Assembly: GCA_951406725.2 (NCBI GenBank)
Contig: OX597826.1
Location: 70,246,001 to 70,310,000 of the forward strand
Reading direction: 5' to 3'
Source: Octopus vulgaris
Taxonomy: Eukaryota
DNA: 64,000 nucleotides
The notes under the pieces were generated by a model. It saw only the letters and a program-made list of their open reading frames with translations. It had not been told where the DNA came from and did not search any database. This document shows positions 1 through 13,655 of this stretch, in pieces. The stretch's first letter is position 1. Each line of letters begins with the position of its first letter. A program made the translations under genes and the position numbers.

Positions 1-85
1 TTTAGCAAGCAGGGGATGGCATAGAACAGTCATGGGCAGTTGCAGCTGATGGAACTTCCTGAATGGTGAATCTGAAACAAAAATT

Positions 86-486
86 ACTCTTTTACTTGTT
101 TCAGTCATTTGACTGTGGTCATGCTGGAGCACCATCTTTAGTCAAGCAAATCAACCCCAGGACTTATTCTTTGTAAGCCTAGTACTTATTCTATCGGTCT
201 TTTTTTCCGAACCGCTAAGTTACGGGGACGTAAACACACCAGCATTGGTTGTCAAGCAATGTTGGGAGGACAAACACAGACACACAAACATACACACACA
301 CACACATGTATATATGCATATATACGACGGGCTTCTTTCAGTTTTCGTCTATGAAATCCACTCACAAGGCTTTGGTCGGCCCGAGGCAATAGTAGAAGAC
401 ACTTGCCCAAGTTCCCACACAGATTGACTGAACCTGGAACCATGTGGTTGGTAAGCAAGCTACTTACCACACAGCCACTCCTACGC
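86..486 (-). mobile_element. SINE family A (tRNA-like head, internal TA/TG microsatellite), full length
   Basis: Reverse complement of the head ggagtggctgtgtggtaag...ggttcagtc and the tail catggccgcagtcaaatgactgaaacaagtaaaag, shared with more than 12 copies in the window. Confidence 0.85.
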
Positions 487-903
487 TTGAATTTACATTG
501 AATTTTTTTTCAGTAATGCGCCCTGCCCCCCACTTATGATGAGCAATGTCACAATGCAGCCCCCTTTTTAAAAAAGTTACTGATATCTGACTTATAGGTT
601 CCTCCTATCCTTACTTGTTGGTGTGATGACCAAGATGAGTATGTGTGTGTGTGTGTGTGTGTGTGTTTGAGAATAGGATGGACAAGGTAGTGATATGTAT
701 ATGTGATGCCTACACTGTGTAGACCTCTGCGAAATGTCTCTGTACACACAGTTATGTACATATCTGAGTAATTGCTTATGTGTGTGTATTAGTATGTCTG
801 AGTGTATGCCTCTGCTTGTATGTGTGTGTGTGTGTAAAGATATCTTGAGTTTGTCATATAAATAAAGTCATAATAAATATGTTCCTATGTATGTATGTGT
901 ATG

Positions 904-960
<57 letters not shown>

Positions 961-964
<4 letters not shown>

Positions 965-1296
965 CCCCCTTCGGTCATGAATGACCATGGGATTGCACCT
1001 AGAAAGTTACCCTCCTAGACACAAGTCAGGGCAAGGTTGTTTATGGAAGACCAGCAGTCGCCCATGCATACCAGCCTCCCCTCTCCACGCCACCAGTGTT
1101 ATCCAAAGGAAAGACAAAGGTCGATACAGCTTGGCACCAGTGACGTCGCAACTCATTTCTACAGCTGAGTGAACTGAAGCAACGTGAAATAAAGTGCCTT
1201 GCTCAAGAACACAACACGCAGCCCGGTCCGGGATTCGAGCTCACAACCTCACGATCGTAAGCTCGACGCTCTAACCACTGAGCCATGCGCCTTCAC
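961..1296 (-). mobile_element. SINE family D (tRNA-derived head), near full length
   Basis: Minus strand reads gtgaaggcgcatggctcagtggttagagcgtc...gctcgaatccc (A/B boxes), then the core gtgttgtgttcttgagcaaggcact shared with other copies. Confidence 0.8.
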
Positions 1297-1721
1297 GATG
1301 TGTATATATATATACACATATATATATATGCATATATATTTATTATAACAACATCTATATGACAAACCTAAGATATCTTTAATGTGTGGTTGCATATATA
1401 TTATTTTATGTGTGTGTGTATGTGCGTGTGTGTCAAGGCACACATTTGTATATAAATTTATATGCGTCTTAGTACACTCATACATATATGTGCATGCATT
1501 TTTATAGATATATCACATACACACACACACAAAGAAACATACGAACATGTACGCACACACACACATGCACACATATATATGCTCAGATGCGTACGCAAAC
1601 ATACACACATGTACTTGTATGTTTATATGTATATGCGCATATGGATATATATGTCGTATAAATATCAACATTCCGATAGACTCACATATTTGTAAGTGTG
1701 TGTGTATGTATATGTATATGA

Positions 1722-1755
<34 letters not shown>

Positions 1756-2030
1756 TGTGTGACCGTATAATATATTATCATCCGCATAACATGAAACAGA
1801 AGAGAGCCGAGCAAAAGAGAAGAAGCAAGACATGAGAATAACAAAGACACATAAAGACAAAGTATTTCATATCAACAGAAAGACAAAACAATAAACAAAC
1901 TTCAACAACAAAGGAAGAATGGCAGGAGGGGAAGGAGAGGGGTGAGGGAAGGGTTGGGGGTGAGAGAGAAAGAGAGATGAAACAACATTCTAAACAAAAA
2001 CAAATAATAAACCAAAATATCTAAAAAAAA

Positions 2031-2061
<31 letters not shown>

Positions 2062-3286
2062 GAAAAGAAAATTATAAAAAAAAAATCTCACGCATACGTA
2101 TATATATATATATATATTTGTACGCATGCACACACACACGCGCGTGCATACACACACAGTGCAAGAATGGTGTGTAGTGTAGAATGTGTAAAAAGTCCTA
2201 AAAATTCGGTGGTTTTATCAATGGCTTGAATATTTCATGCAGTGTCCATAAAAATATATCATAGCTGAAACATCAAAGAATTCATTTATAAATATCAAAC
2301 TTGAAAAAAAAAAAAAGAAAAAAATACAACTTTTTTGTTTTTATATTTGCTTTTTTTGCTTTTTTGTTTGTATATGTGTATGTGTGTGCGCGTGTTTCGT
2401 GTGGTTGAATATTTTAAAATTACTTCCCTTTGTTGTAGCTGTGACATTTCTGGTTCCGTTGTCATATTTGTTGCTTAGTGGCTGGACAGTAGAGTGACTA
2501 CCCAACATTTTAAAGTGAGGAACTAGTATCTCCCTCATTTACATAGAATACCTACCTACCTTCTAAGGTGCAGTTCTGTCTATTTTTGGAAAGAGTACCA
2601 TTTATATAGTGTTATTATTTATGATGCCTTCATTTAGAGTATTCATTGCTCAGAGTACCTGTCATTTAGAGTACCTGTTACTTTAGATATTGTGTATTTA
2701 CCATTCAGAATATAGAGGGCCTATCATATATAATGAGTACCATTTAAAGATAAGGTGGACCAAGAGCTAAACAATACCAGCATGCAAATATCAATGGCTC
2801 TAATTAGAGAAATGTAAATGTCTGTGTCACTCATCCTGCAAGAAATAGCTGCTAAATCACCCTTAAATTTTGCCTACTGTCTTGAAACAGGGAGGGTACA
2901 TTGGACAATGTAGTCCTGAATACAATGTGCCTCAGAAAAGGAGATGCAGTGGTCACAGCTGGAATATCTGATCCTAAGCTTCTTTGATGAGGGTTAGATA
3001 CCAGTGACATCACTTTAGTAGTCCATAAGGATATCTTAACATGGACATTGGAATTGCAAGAAATACCAGCCAAATCCATTTCAAATCACACCCTACCATC
3101 TTAAGGACACATTAGATAATTTTGTCCATCACATATATGTATGTGTATGTGTATGTAAATATATATTGCACAACTATGCAAGAGGCTGGACACCCTGCAG
3201 GATGGAAAAACGAAATCTGTCAAAGGATGAATGAACCCAGTAGAGTCAACAGCCATCCAACAGTTGAGGTATGTCTTTGTTTAGGT

Positions 3287-3609
3287 ATGAAGGTGCCTGG
3301 CTGGAGCGTCAGGCTCACATTCATGAAATAGTGAACTCAATTCCTGGAACACTGGGCTGTGTGTTGTGTTCTTGAGCAAGACACTTGGTTTCCCATTGCT
3401 CAAGTTCACTCAACCTCCCCTCTTCGTGCTACCGATGTTATCCAAGGGAATGGCAAAGGGGCCGATGTGGCTTGGCACCTGTGACGTCGCAACTCATTTC
3501 TAAAGCTGAGTGAACTGGAGCAGCGTGAGATAAAGTGTCTTGCTCAAGAACACAACACACAGCCCGGTCCGGGATTTGAGCTCACAACCTCACGATCGTC
3601 AGCTCGACG
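3287..3609. mobile_element. Two family D SINE fragments in inverted orientation (+ 3287-3413; - 3414-3609)
   Basis: gggctgtgtgttgtgttcttgagcaagacactt on +, and its complement aagtgtcttgctcaagaacacaacacacagccc ~150 nt later. Confidence 0.8.
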
Positions 3610-4236
3610 AGAAAAGCAAACAATGGCAGTGTTTGAAATCAAGTTTAGCTATCATGTATGTATATATGTATGTATATACACATGTATGTATGTACATCTG
3701 TATGTATGCACATAAGTGTATACATGTATATATATATATATATGAATGTATGTATGTATACACTTTATTCCGAAACTTTGATAGGTTACTCAAAATAACT
3801 AAGTCCAAGTTAAATAAGTTGAAAATCTTTTAGTAGAGAAATAAATCTGTTCGCACCAGTCTGTCTGAGAAACAACAGGTTCCATTCCTGTTAAATACTT
3901 CAATCATTAACGGTAAGAAAGCTATCCAACTGTGAAATAATTTTTCCATTGTTACAAGACTGTGCAAACATTAAACTGTGAAGAAGAAAATGAAGACACA
4001 AACAGTTTAATCTTGCTGGAATGGAAAACACCAAAGACACACATTAAAAGGAATTTATGTATGATGTATATGTGTGTGTGTGTTCATGCATCTGTGTGTG
4101 TGTGTGTGTATTGTTTTTACAAGCTGGAAAACTAGAACTCAATGCATGAAGTAGAGTATGTATATTATTTATTGGCTGTTAAGTTACTCCTGTGGCCTCA
4201 CAACCAATAAATAATACATTGTACATGTACGTTGAT

Positions 4237-4246
4237 TTACATATGC

Positions 4247-4281
<35 letters not shown>

Positions 4282-4309
4282 TATGTGCTTGCATGTGTGT
4301 GTGTGTATA

Positions 4310-4350
<41 letters not shown>

Positions 4351-4554
4351 GTGTGTATAAGAAATATGCATGCTTGCATACCTATATGTATTCATGCATG
4401 TATATACATGCATATACATTTATATGCATGCATATATACATGCATGTATATGATTACATATACATGCATATGTATATATATATGCATATATATGCATGTA
4501 TATATATATATGCATATAAATGTATATATGTATATATATATATATGCATGTATA

Positions 4555-4646
<92 letters not shown>

Positions 4647-4666
4647 TATATGTATATATACATGCA

Positions 4667-4707
<41 letters not shown>
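4237..4707. repeat. (TA)n/(TATG)n microsatellite block
   Basis: Directly visible. Confidence 0.95.
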
Positions 4708-4709
<2 letters not shown>

Positions 4710-5014
4710 CCTGTGTGTTATCTTGCTATGCTAACATCCATTACAGCTAGAAAGAGAGAGAAAGTGAGAGGCGGTGGATGGGGGTGGGGTGTGGGCAGAA
4801 TCTGTATAGGTTGATGGTTAGCATTATTCAATCTTAGCACAGCACAAGTGAAACAGTTACACCTTTGCAGTGTTGGTGCAAGTAATATATATTATTCACA
4901 GAACACTAAAGTACCCATTTGTGTTACAGTCCATCTTATCAGTTGAGTGCAGTTCAGGCGTGAGGGCGAATGACGGGGATGGTTCTATCACGTTTGTTGC
5001 TCTGTTGTTTCTCT

Positions 5015-5136
5015 CCTTCTTCTTCTTCTTCTTCTTCTTCTTCTTCTTCTTCTTCTTCTCCTCTTCTTATTATTTTTCTTCTTCCCTTTCTTCTTTTCTT
5101 CTTCTTCTCCTTTCTCTTCTTCTTCTTCTTCTTCTT

Positions 5137-5167
<31 letters not shown>

Positions 5168-5176
5168 TTTTTATTA

Positions 5177-5237
<61 letters not shown>

Positions 5238-5238
5238 T

Positions 5239-5271
<33 letters not shown>

Positions 5272-5400
5272 TTTCTTCTTCCTCTTCTCTTTCTTCTTCC
5301 CTTTCTTCTTCTTTTCTTCTCTTTCTTCTTCTCATTCTTCTTCTTCTTTTTCTTTCCCGTCTTCATTCGTTATCACCATCATTCTTCTTCCTTTTTCTCC
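5015..5400. repeat. Compound (TTC)n-(ATT)n-(CTT)n microsatellite
   Basis: Directly visible; source of the poly-F/L/I ORFs. Confidence 0.95.
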
Positions 5401-5708
5401 AACCTGATTCGTTCATTTTTTCTCTCTTTTTTGGGGGGCTTTTTTTTTCTCTCTCCAGCCTTTTCCTTTTTTCACCCTCACCTTTTTTTTCTTTTCTTCT
5501 TACCTATTGCTGTTTCTCTAATGTTTCCAAGAATTTGTAACTATAAGAATAACTGTAAGTGATTGAATCAGTCGGAAGGATATCTGTGAGGATTATTCGG
5601 AGAAGAAGAAGAAGAAACGGTGTGGAATGGCAGGTGGGGGGTCGGAGAAAAAGAGGCAAGTGAGTTTGGTGAAGAAGAAGAAGTTGGGTCTGTGGGCAAA
5701 AGGTAGAT

Positions 5709-5746
<38 letters not shown>

Positions 5747-5930
5747 GAGAGAGAGGTGGAGACAGACAGATAAAGAGAGAGAGAGAGAGAGAGAGAGAGA
5801 CATGTTAGTTGGAGAGACCATTAATTCTGAATTGCTACTTTTGGTGCTAATGTCAAGTAGTACTTTAGCAGAGTGCTCTATAGGGCAAATGGCATTATGA
5901 GTCTACTTAAATGTCTTTCCTTTCTCCTTC

Positions 5931-5989
<59 letters not shown>

Positions 5990-6082
5990 TCTTTCTTCCT
6001 CTCTCTTTCTCTCATTTGGCTAGCTTTCTAGCTATATATCTGTGTAGGTATATGTGTGTGTGTGTATGATATATATATAATG

Positions 6083-6149
<67 letters not shown>

Positions 6150-6619
6150 GCATTATGACTCTTCCTCCGTGCTCCTTTTCTCTTTCTCTCCTTCTGTTGG
6201 CTATCTAGTTATATATCTATTTATATGTCAGTGTTCTTGTTTGTGTGTGTGTGTGTATGTATATATATATATATATATTCATACATATACACACACATAT
6301 ATATATATTCACACACACACACACGCACACTATATATGTATATATATATACATACTTGAGTGATAATCTATGTAAAAACATATATGCATACTTACACGCA
6401 CATGTGTGTGTGTGTGTGTGTGTTCTGTACGTATGTGATAGTGTATATTACTACATTCCTGCAGAAATATATTACCATTCTCTACAAACTCTCTTCCACT
6501 CTATATTCTCTTGCTGGTAATTCTTCCTTCCATTTTTGCTCTTTGAATTCAGAAACCAGCGTGTGTTTATCATAAGAACAGCAACAGCAACAACAACAAC
6601 AACAACAACAAAAATAATA

Positions 6620-6730
6620 ATAATAATAATCCTTTCTACTATAGGCACAAGGCCTGAAATTTTTGCAGAAAGTGGGATAGTCGATTATATCAACCCCAGT
6701 ACGTAACTGGTGCTTAATTTATCGACCCTG
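6620..6730 (-). mobile_element. SINE family B 3' fragment
   Basis: ggcacaaggcctgaaat...tcgattatatcaaccccagt...ttaatttatcgaccc is the reverse complement of the family B core/tail. Confidence 0.7.
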
Positions 6731-7121
6731 CATTACTTAACAGGTTCTTCTTTCATCCTCTGTAAGAATGAAAGGAAAAGTCACTCCCTGTGGGATTTGA
6801 ACACAATATTAATCGACATGGCTAAATATCACAAGGCATTTTATCTTGACACTTTCAAGTTAAGTTGGATGTGCTGATTTAGTGCCATTAACTGCAGCAT
6901 ATCATCTTGCGAAATTATCTTGTATAGACAAAAAAATGCTTAAATGTTCAGATTATATTGGTTGACAAATTTTGCCAGCATCGATGAGAAGACTACTGTA
7001 TCAGGTGGTTTCAGTTTAGTTTTACCTCTTCAGTTGTCGATACCTACACTCCAAATGCTCAACCAAAATTTTGCCAAACCTTTATCGTTTAGCACTATCT
7101 AAACAGTCTGTGACGTCCCAG

Positions 7122-7154
<33 letters not shown>

Positions 7155-7413
7155 TGTTGAGTACATGTGTTTGTGTTTGTATGTGTCTATGTTTGTGTCT
7201 TTTATTATCATTATGCTCTGTAAACCAGTGTACTTTATGCTTGCATCTCTTTATGCCCTCAACTTCAGCGTTTTGACAAATAGATTAGCAAAACAAATAA
7301 ACACCAAACTGAAATAAGTACCAGGGTCGATATGGAAGTTTCTGTGTGTGTGTCTGTGTGTCTCTGCGTCTGTGTCTGTATCTAAATATATAAATACAAG
7401 TGAGTCTGTGTGT

Positions 7414-7445
<32 letters not shown>

Positions 7446-7726
7446 GTGTTGTTGTTTTTATGCATACATGCTTAAATATATGCATGTACATGAGTGTTTC
7501 ACACACATCATACATTTGTGTGTGTTTGTGTGTGTGCATATATATGTATGTATATATATATATGTAAGTATGTATATGTATGCATATATATGTGTGTGTA
7601 TATATACATATGTATGTATTTATATGTATATATATGTATGTGTATGTATATATATATATATATATGCTTGTGTATGTACATATATATATATATGCATGTG
7701 TATATATATATATATATATATATGCA

Positions 7727-7759
<33 letters not shown>

Positions 7760-7827
7760 GTATTATGTAGCCAGGCTTAGATGGGGAGAGACGTAATAAA
7801 CATACATATACACTGTTTATATATATA

Positions 7828-7879
<52 letters not shown>

Positions 7880-8636
7880 TATGCATACATGCATACACAG
7901 ATGCAGACACACACGCATGCATACACGCTTGGATAGATAAACAGGCAGTCAAAAATGATATACATAGACATATTTACATAGGATCCATTGCCTGCCCAAA
8001 CATAACATCTTACACTTCAAGACATCTGTTTGTCTGTCCTGTTTGTATGTCTGTCAGAATTTTTTTCTTCTTCCGTGGAACCAAAACATTATCTTAAGCC
8101 TAATTCTAGCAGCTTCTATGCTATCCCCATGCCTGCCTCTCATAACATTCCCAGAGCCCCCTATTTTTCCAAACAAACCCTTATTTTCGCTAGGTTTGTA
8201 TATCGTTCCTGTTACTATATTTATAGAAAGAGGTGGTGGAGGTGGGGGGAGCACTAAGGTAAAAAAAGTCTTGATTTCACATTTCATTATTAAGGGTTAA
8301 GGGTCTCCCTAAAGGGGAGAGGTTTAGGTTGAAGTTTTTAGCATGTATGATACCTTAACAAACATACACATATGCACACACATATTTACATACATATATA
8401 TATACATATATATACATACATGCACATGCATATATATATACATATATAGATATATATATATACATATATATACATATATAGTCATATATACATATATATA
8501 TGTATATATATTCAAAATAAGCAACAAGAATCTGGATATCCTTGTTGCTTATTTTGATTATAAGCACCTTATTTTAAATTATATGGATAATACCATGCCA
8601 AATTCTGGTGCCTTCAACTTAAGTACCATATTCATC

Positions 8637-8675
<39 letters not shown>

Positions 8676-8705
8676 AGAGAGAGAGAGAGAGAGAGAGAGA
8701 GCTAG

Positions 8706-8739
<34 letters not shown>

Positions 8740-8741
8740 AT

Positions 8742-8774
<33 letters not shown>

Positions 8775-8791
8775 CATATATGTATATATAT

Positions 8792-8928
8792 TCGACTGTG
8801 GCCATGCTGGAGCACCACCTTAAAGGGATTTCAGTCGAAGAAAACAACAACATCGCAACTTATTCTTTGTAATCCTAGTACTTATTCTATTGGACTCTTT
8901 TGACTGAACCACTAAGTTACAGGGACAG
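8792..8928 (-). mobile_element. SINE family A 3' fragment
   Basis: gactgtggccatgctggagcacc...ttattctttgtaatcctagtacttattctat. Confidence 0.75.
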
Positions 8929-9526
8929 GGACTTATATATCCACTTTTATTCTGCAGTTAGTGACTTATTCATGAATATACCAACACTAGCACCACAAAG
9001 GGAAATATTCTCTGGGAATGCTCAAAAGCCCTTTTCAATCTGATTAGACTGTTATTACATAACATGCTTCACAACTTTAGTATACATACCTTATTAGTAT
9101 TTCCTCCTCAGTTCTATATACTCTGGGGACGCAGTAAAGCCCTTTTCAGGGCTACTTTATTTGAATTCTTACACTCGGGTAATTAATTTCATGTTATTAA
9201 ATAAATAACTTCACAATTTGGGTATTCGTAACTTATTGGGAATTCCTAAAAACAAGATCCTGTGTAAGACAGTTCGGTTTTCTCTGTAAATGCACAAAAA
9301 CCGTTTTAAGGGCTACATATTTTGTAATGTTGTTATTGGATTAGCGAAACAATTATGAGATGGAACCATGGGAATTATTGTGTATGTCAGCTGGTACATA
9401 TATATATATATATACACACACACACGCACACACACTCACACATGTATATATATAAATATATATATATACATATACACATACACAAACACACGCACTTACA
9501 CTCACACATGTATATATATATATATA

Positions 9527-9700
9527 TGTGGCACATAAAAAGCACCCACTACACTCACGGAGTGGTTGGCGTTAGGAAGGGCATCCAGCACAAACAGAAC
9601 ACATTGCCAGATCTGACTGGGCCTGGTGCAGCCTTCTAGCTTCCCAGACCCCAGTTGACCCGTCCAACCCATGCCAGCATGGAAAGCGGACGCTAAACGC

Positions 9701-9730
<30 letters not shown>
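9527..9730 (+). mobile_element. Family C: 5'-truncated RTE-type LINE 3' UTR with (GAT)n tail
   Basis: ggcacataaaaagcacccactacac...gttggcgttaggaagggcatccagc...catgccagcatggaaagcggacgctaaac(gat)n. Confidence 0.8.
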
Positions 9731-9731
<1 letters not shown>

Positions 9732-10476
9732 ATATATATATATATATAATTTATATACACAAAAACACATGCATGCCAGAATGCATACATATACATACAC
9801 ATTTATTTGTTTTGTTATCAAGGGCAAGAAAACCTGTCTGAAGATGTAAAAGTGATTTATCGTCAGCATCACCATTATCATAATTTCTCATCTTCATCAC
9901 CATCATCTTCATCACCATCATCATCATCATCATCTTCATCACCATCATCATCATCATCATCTTCATCACCATCATCATCATCATTGTTGTTATTATCATT
10001 ATTGCTGTTGTGGGCGTTATTGTTTCAGAGGGGTGGGTCAGTGGAAAGAGAGTATCTTTTATACCTTCAGACAGTTCTTCTCTGTATCTGTAAACTAGTT
10101 TTTTTTTTTGCCTAAATGGTTCCTGGTAACATCTGGCACCATTAGCAGAATCTTACAGACTTCAGCTAAGATTCTGGATACCAAAACATTTGGAATTTAG
10201 GGCGATAAAAACCCCCTTTTTTTTGTTTTGGATTTTGTTCTTGTTTTCTTATCTATTTCTTTAGCTGTCCCCCTCCCCGTCCCCTCACCGTTTTGCATGG
10301 TTTGGGCATTGCCAAGTTTATAGAGGTGTGAAGGAGGTGGGGGTTGAATGCGTGGATGTACTCGCATGCATGCATGCTGTGTGTGTGTGTGTGTATTTTT
10401 TGGGAGTGAGCAGATGTATTCATATACATATGCCTTGGTATGCATGCATGTGTATGTATGTATGTCTGTATGTATG

Positions 10477-10517
<41 letters not shown>

Positions 10518-10618
10518 GCACACATGCACACACATACATATATATATATACACACTCACACAGATGCATGTATGTATATATATAAACATATATATATATA
10601 TTCACACTCACACAGATG

Positions 10619-10649
<31 letters not shown>

Positions 10650-11409
10650 GCTGTTTATCATGTATGTGATATGTGTGTGTTTGTGTATGTATACATGCTT
10701 ATAAGTATTTTTGCGTGTATAAGCATTGGTTTGTTAGATACTGTGTGTCAGTGTAAATTATAAAGCACACACACACACACACACACACATACAAACACAC
10801 ACACATAAATATATGTGATTAATTTGGGTTACCAGAAAATCTACTTCACACATCTCTTTACTGTTCCTTTTACTGTCTTTACCATTCTCACCATCCTACC
10901 ATTCCTGAGAATAATTTTTAACCAATCTGGCTGATCGTACAGAAACAAGCTTTAAGAAGCAGTTTCTTAAATATGACACAGAAAGAAGGAATATTTTTGG
11001 TTAGATTACATTAGAATATACAAACCGTATCAACAACAATTCCACAACAGAATAGAGGTGATTGGATCAGTTCTGATTTTACTGATGAGATTGCTGCTAA
11101 TTAGAGTCTCTGGAATCCAAGGAATTTGGAAATGGTTTGTGTCAGCAGTGATTAGTCTCTAGAAGAACTTATAGGAGAATTTGTTAAGATAGGTTACTGT
11201 GACGTTTCGGACATTGGTTCTTCATCATAAAATGATGACAAGAGAATTTAGAGAATAAGATATTGTTACTTGGGTTGTGGGCAAGTGAATCATCTTATGA
11301 ATTAATAGTTTGTGAGTTCTTATCCACTGCAGGTATTCTATTGTGTTTTGGGTCCATCTTTATCTTTATTTTTATTTTTTTATTTCTTTTATTTGAAGAA
11401 TTTTTGGTC

Positions 11410-11630
11410 AAAGGATTTGACCCCGGTTCTTGTTTACTTTTACATGCCTGGTACTTAATTTCTCGATCTGTTTTGCTGAACTGCTAAGTTGCGGGGATGT
11501 AAACACACCAACTCCACTTGTTAAGCAGTGGTGGGGGACAAACACATACAACAGACACACATGTGACAGGCTTCTTTCAGTTTCCCTCTACCAATTCCAC
11601 TGGCAAGGCTTTGGTTGGTTTGAATCTTGT
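11410..11630 (-). mobile_element. Diverged SINE family A fragment
   Basis: ttttgctgaactgctaagtt...aaacacacc...ggcttctttcagtttc. Confidence 0.65.
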
Positions 11631-12647
11631 AGTTGAATGTTCATGACTTCATGATTTTTTTTTTGGTGCCTTCGGAGTAACATGAGTAATATTACCTTGC
11701 TTGGAGACAGGTGAGGGTCAGTGTCAGTGACAAGATGGGCATTCGCCCACAGAAAAAAGCCCATTTCAGCATATTCCATCTGACCTATGCAAGCATGGAA
11801 AAGCAGACATGAAAATGATGAGGAGCATGGTGGTGGTGGTGGCGGCAGTGGCAATGATGATGATGATGGTGTTGATTGTGGTGCTGCTGAAGATGATAAT
11901 GATGGTGATGCTGATGATGATGATGATTAGTTATTTTGCATAACTTAAGACTGTGGGCCTTTCTCTGTGCACATGCATTTCTTTATAGTGAGCTGGTTGC
12001 AAAAGCGTGCAGCTGCACATGTAGCAGCTTAAAGAGAACAGTGCTTGGGTACCATAGAACTTACTCAGTCAGAGTTGTGCAGAATATTGTTGCTGTTGTT
12101 GTTGTTGTTGTTGTTGTTGTGTAGACTGAGGTCAATCAAAGTTGGCCTCGGTCTACAGGACAATATCACAACCACCACCACCACCTTCAACCAACATCAC
12201 TATTACCACCATCATCAATCTCAATCACTTCAATTACCTCTACTGTTACATACAATGCCCCCCCCCCCCAACATCAACAACAACAGCAACACCAACGCTA
12301 CAATCACTACATCAATCACCATCACCATTACCTCCACCTCCACCTATACCACTACATCAAAACCACAACCACGACCACCACCACTATCAACATAACTACA
12401 CTTGCTACCAGCAGGACCGTCGACATCAACAACAACCCTGCCATATAGTTGACATTTAAAGTGTTTAGATAGCTATTTAATGTGTAAGGGTGTGACCCAC
12501 CCCTGCTGATTGCATTGCCGGTGGTTGCCACCGCTAATTAGGTACTTCTACCCCAGGGGTAACGATGATATGTCACTTTGAAATCTGCCGCAGACTCCTA
12601 AGTGATTCTTTATAATGTTGTTGGAAAATTGACTGTCGCTGCCATAA

Positions 12648-12806
12648 ACGTGTAGTTGTGTGGTAAGATGCTTGCTTCCTAACCACATGTTTCCAAGGTT
12701 CAGTTCCACTGTGTGGCACCTTAGCCAAGTGTCTTCTACTAAAGTCTAGGGCTGACCAAAGCCTGGTGAGTGGATTTGGTAGACAGAAACTGAAAGAAGC
12801 CCATCA
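12648..12806 (+). mobile_element. SINE family A 5' fragment
   Basis: tgtgtggtaag...ggttcagttccactgtgtggcacc...gaaactgaaagaagccc. Confidence 0.75.
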
Positions 12807-13102
12807 CATGAGTGTGCATGTGTGTATGTATATATATAAAAGTTATCAACCGAATGGTAAGATTCAGTTTCATGCCTTTAATGATGGCACCCACAAAATC
12901 TGGAAGAATTAGGGCTTCAAGCAAACAAAATGATACAAAGTGAACAAAATATGATTAATAAAGATGGAATAAATACAGCCTTTTGGCCAAAAAGATTAGA
13001 ATGATGGGTAATGTTTGGAAGAAATCCTGAAATAGCAAGAGAGCTATATATATATATATAGACAAGCTATATATGTACTTACACACATATACATGTCTGT
13101 AC

Positions 13103-13278
13103 CACTGGCGATTTTTTTCCTCTGTCTTCCCTTCTCGGGATCTTTCCTTCTCCTATGTTTCCGACGAAGAGCTCCGCTCGAAACGTCAAAACCTCCTTCT
13201 TCCCTTCTTTCCTGAGCGTCCAATAATACTATATTAGTTCCACGTCCTTGCGTTGTTGTGTTTTTTTTGTTTTTGTTT
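13103..13278 (+). mobile_element. Short repeat carrying a Penelope-type minimal hammerhead-like motif
   Basis: ccgacga-a-gagc-tcc-gctc-gaaac-gtc at 13161-13187; downstream ttcctgagc shared with the copy at 57563-57746. Confidence 0.5.
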
Positions 13279-13299
13279 TCTTGTTTGGATTAACTTTAA

Positions 13300-13332
<33 letters not shown>

Positions 13333-13600
13333 ACAGTTGTTCAGAAGTAAATATTTGACACTTCTCAGATTTTCATTTTGATTTGTAAGGCTGATGAGTA
13401 TTAATGAGAAACTCATACAGCTTTGAATAAATATTATTCCACTCTACTTAACATTATTGAGTACCTTTTCTTTTTTTTTCTTTTTTTTCACCACTTTATT
13501 GCAATTCACACCAGCCTGAACCAGTAATCACCACTCTCTCTCTCTCTCTCTCTCTTCCTCTCACTCTATCTCTCTTCCTCTCACTTTCTCTTTCTCTCTT

Positions 13601-13655
<55 letters not shown>

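Noticed and set aside
1225-1296. tRNA-like sequences at SINE heads
   Set aside because: A/B boxes are present but there is no complete acceptor stem; each continues into a SINE body.
4192-5562. ORFs of 145-230 aa (poly-YI, poly-F/L/I)
   Set aside because: Translations of TA, TTC and ATT microsatellites.
8291-8330. taagggttaaggg telomere-like words and a small hairpin
   Set aside because: Too short to be meaningful.
13387-13424. CTGATGA...GAAA near a hairpin (aaggctgatgagt/actcatacagcttt)
   Set aside because: No helix II or NUH in the right place; it is a simple 13-bp hairpin, not a hammerhead.
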